The notes below the pieces were generated by a model. It was not told the origin of the DNA. It worked only from the letters and a program-made list of their open reading frames with translations, and did no database searches. A stretch of DNA of 64,000 nucleotides, taken from the NCBI GenBank assembly GCA_963675745.2, contig CAXXWX010000012.1, positions 1-64,000 of the forward strand. The letters run 5' to 3'. This DNA comes from Phycisphaerae bacterium (GTDB lineage Bacteria > Planctomycetota > Phycisphaerae > UBA1845 > Fen-1342). Of this stretch, positions 62,561-64,000 are shown one piece after another; position 1 is the first letter of the stretch, and each line of letters starts with the position of its first letter. The translations under genes were made by a program, and so were the position numbers.

Positions 62561-64000
62561 GTGTCCGATTGCCCCCGCGGCGATGAGCTTCAACGTCGGC
62601 ACGCCGGCGAGCTGGCGGAGGATGACGCCAAACGCATCGACGGGCACCTGTTGGCCTGCGCGGAGTGTGCCGCGAGATACAGCGCCTATCAGGAGTCCGA
62701 ACGGGAGCTGCTCGCGGATCTGCGCGAGATTCGGGCGGCGGGGCTCGCGGACCTGGACACGCCGTCGCCGCCCACTGACGCCGCGCTCGGCTCGTCCCAA
62801 CTGGCGATCGAGGGTTATGAGATCGTTGACGAGCTGCACCGTGGCGGGCAGGGCATCGTCTATCGTGCGCGTCAGCAACACACGCGACGCGAAGTTGCCA
62901 TCAAGGTGTTGATCGCGGGAGCCTGTGCCTCACCGACGGCAAAACGGCGTTTCGAACGCGAGATCGAACTGGCGGCCCAGCTCAGGCACCCGAACATCGT
63001 CACGGTTTTCCACTCCGGCCTGACGCCCGATGGCCGGCAATACTGCGTGATGGACTACGTGCGCGGGCGGCGCCTCGATCAATATGTGCGTGAAGAGGCA
63101 CTCGCGCTCGACGGTGTGCTGGACCTGATCGCCACGATCTGTGACGCGGTCATGTATGCCCATCAGCGCGGGATCATCCATCGCGATCTCAAGCCCTCCA
63201 ACATCATCATCGACGCGAGTGGGACACCGAAAGTGCTCGACTTCGGATTGGCCAAACGACTGATCGGCGCGGTGGACGCGGTTACCTCGCTGACCGGCGA
63301 GGTTTTCGGCACGCCGGCGTACATGTCGCCCGAGCAGGCGAGCGGCAAGCCCGAGGAAATCGACACGCGCAGCGACATTTACTCCCTCGGAGTGATCCTC
63401 TACCAACTGCTCACCGGCGGGTTTCCGTACCCCATTGATGTCCCGATTCCGGATGTGATCCGGCATATCCGGGAGACAGCGCCAACGCGGCCGAGCGGCA
63501 CCTGGACGCGCGAGAGCGGTGTCGCCAGGCGTTTGGCCGGACAGGTTCCGCCGACGAAATGCCCGATCGATGACGATGTGCAGACGATCGTCCTCAAGGC
63601 GCTCGCCAAGGAGCCTGAGCGTCGCTACCAGAGCGCGTTGGAGCTGGCCGGCGACTTGCGTCACTACCTGGCCGGCGAACCCATCGCCGCTCGGCGCACG
63701 AGTCACTGGTACGTGTTGCAAAAGACGGTGCGCCGCTACAAGGCGCGCTTCGCGGTGGCGGCCGCGATGGTGTTGCTCGCAGTCGGCTCGACGATCGCAT
63801 TGTCGATCATGTACGGCCGGCAGGCGCGCCTGTTGGCGCAGGTTGAGCGCGAGCGCAACCGGGCCGAACATCGCTTTGACCAGGTTCGCACGCTGGCCGC
63901 TTCGTTCATGTATGACTTTCACGGCAAGATTGCCGATCTCAAGGGCGCCCTGCCGGCGCGACAGCTTCTGGTTACGACGGCGCTCGAGTACCTCGACAGC
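62561..64000 (+). CDS. Ser/Thr protein kinase with an N-terminal zf-HC2 (HxxxCxxC) motif; truncated by the window edge
   Basis: Translated manually from GTG 62561: MSDCP...HLLACAEC...GGQGIVY, VAIKVL, HRDLKPSN, DFGLAK, GTPAYMSPEQ. Not in the ORF track because it has no stop in the window. Confidence 0.93.
   Translation, partial: MSDCPRGDELQRRHAGELAEDDAKRIDGHLLACAECAARYSAYQESERELLADLREIRAAGLADLDTPSPPTDAALGSSQLAIEGYEIVDELHRGGQGIVYRARQQHTRREVAIKVLIAGACASPTAKRRFEREIELAAQLRHPNIVTVFHSGLTPDGRQYCVMDYVRGRRLDQYVREEALALDGVLDLIATICDAVMYAHQRGIIHRDLKPSNIIIDASGTPKVLDFGLAKRLIGAVDAVTSLTGEVFGTPAYMSPEQASGKPEEIDTRSDIYSLGVILYQLLTGGFPYPIDVPIPDVIRHIRETAPTRPSGTWTRESGVARRLAGQVPPTKCPIDDDVQTIVLKALAKEPERRYQSALELAGDLRHYLAGEPIAARRTSHWYVLQKTVRRYKARFAVAAAMVLLAVGSTIALSIMYGRQARLLAQVERERNRAEHRFDQVRTLAASFMYDFHGKIADLKGALPARQLLVTTALEYLDS

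Overview
GC-rich bacterial DNA, probably from a planctomycete (Phycisphaerae-like). This is inferred from the ECF sigma/Ser-Thr kinase pairs, a CxxCGYNL..CPECG zinc-ribbon membrane protein and dockerin-like GDxNxDG tails. The window has six blocks. (1) 1-1.8 kb: an ECF sigma/anti-sigma pair with two divergent look-alike promoters. (2) About 2.2-12.0 kb: a heavily frameshifted integrative element next to the 3' end of the tmRNA gene. It carries a tyrosine integrase, an excisionase-like HTH, a replication-relaxation protein, a WD40 gene, an IS21 with a duplicated end, a palindromic ~82-bp repeat array and an attP-like tRNA-Gly fragment. (3) 12.0-16.1 kb: tmRNA, an intact IS1380 inserted in an AAA-ATPase remnant, and REP-like repeats. 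(4) 16.2-33.5 kb: FHA protein, PHP phosphoesterase, ABC exporter, a polysaccharide-degradation cluster and an aryl-sulfotransferase. (5) 33.8-52 kb: a light/oxidative-stress island with photolyase, MFS, SDR-DUF2867, PP2C, lipocalin, fasciclin, DUF378, CIA30 and KatG. It is centred on an ECF sigma, an 81-aa soluble anti-sigma and a globin-like/B12-binding putative photoreceptor. An identical TGAATCCA-N15-CGAA motif precedes three transcription units. This block is the best candidate for an undescribed system: a B12/light-gated ECF switch. (6) 52-64 kb: aldo-keto reductase, two DUF1566 paralogs and two ECF/Ser-Thr kinase pairs. All family assignments come from motif recognition by eye; no database searches were run.
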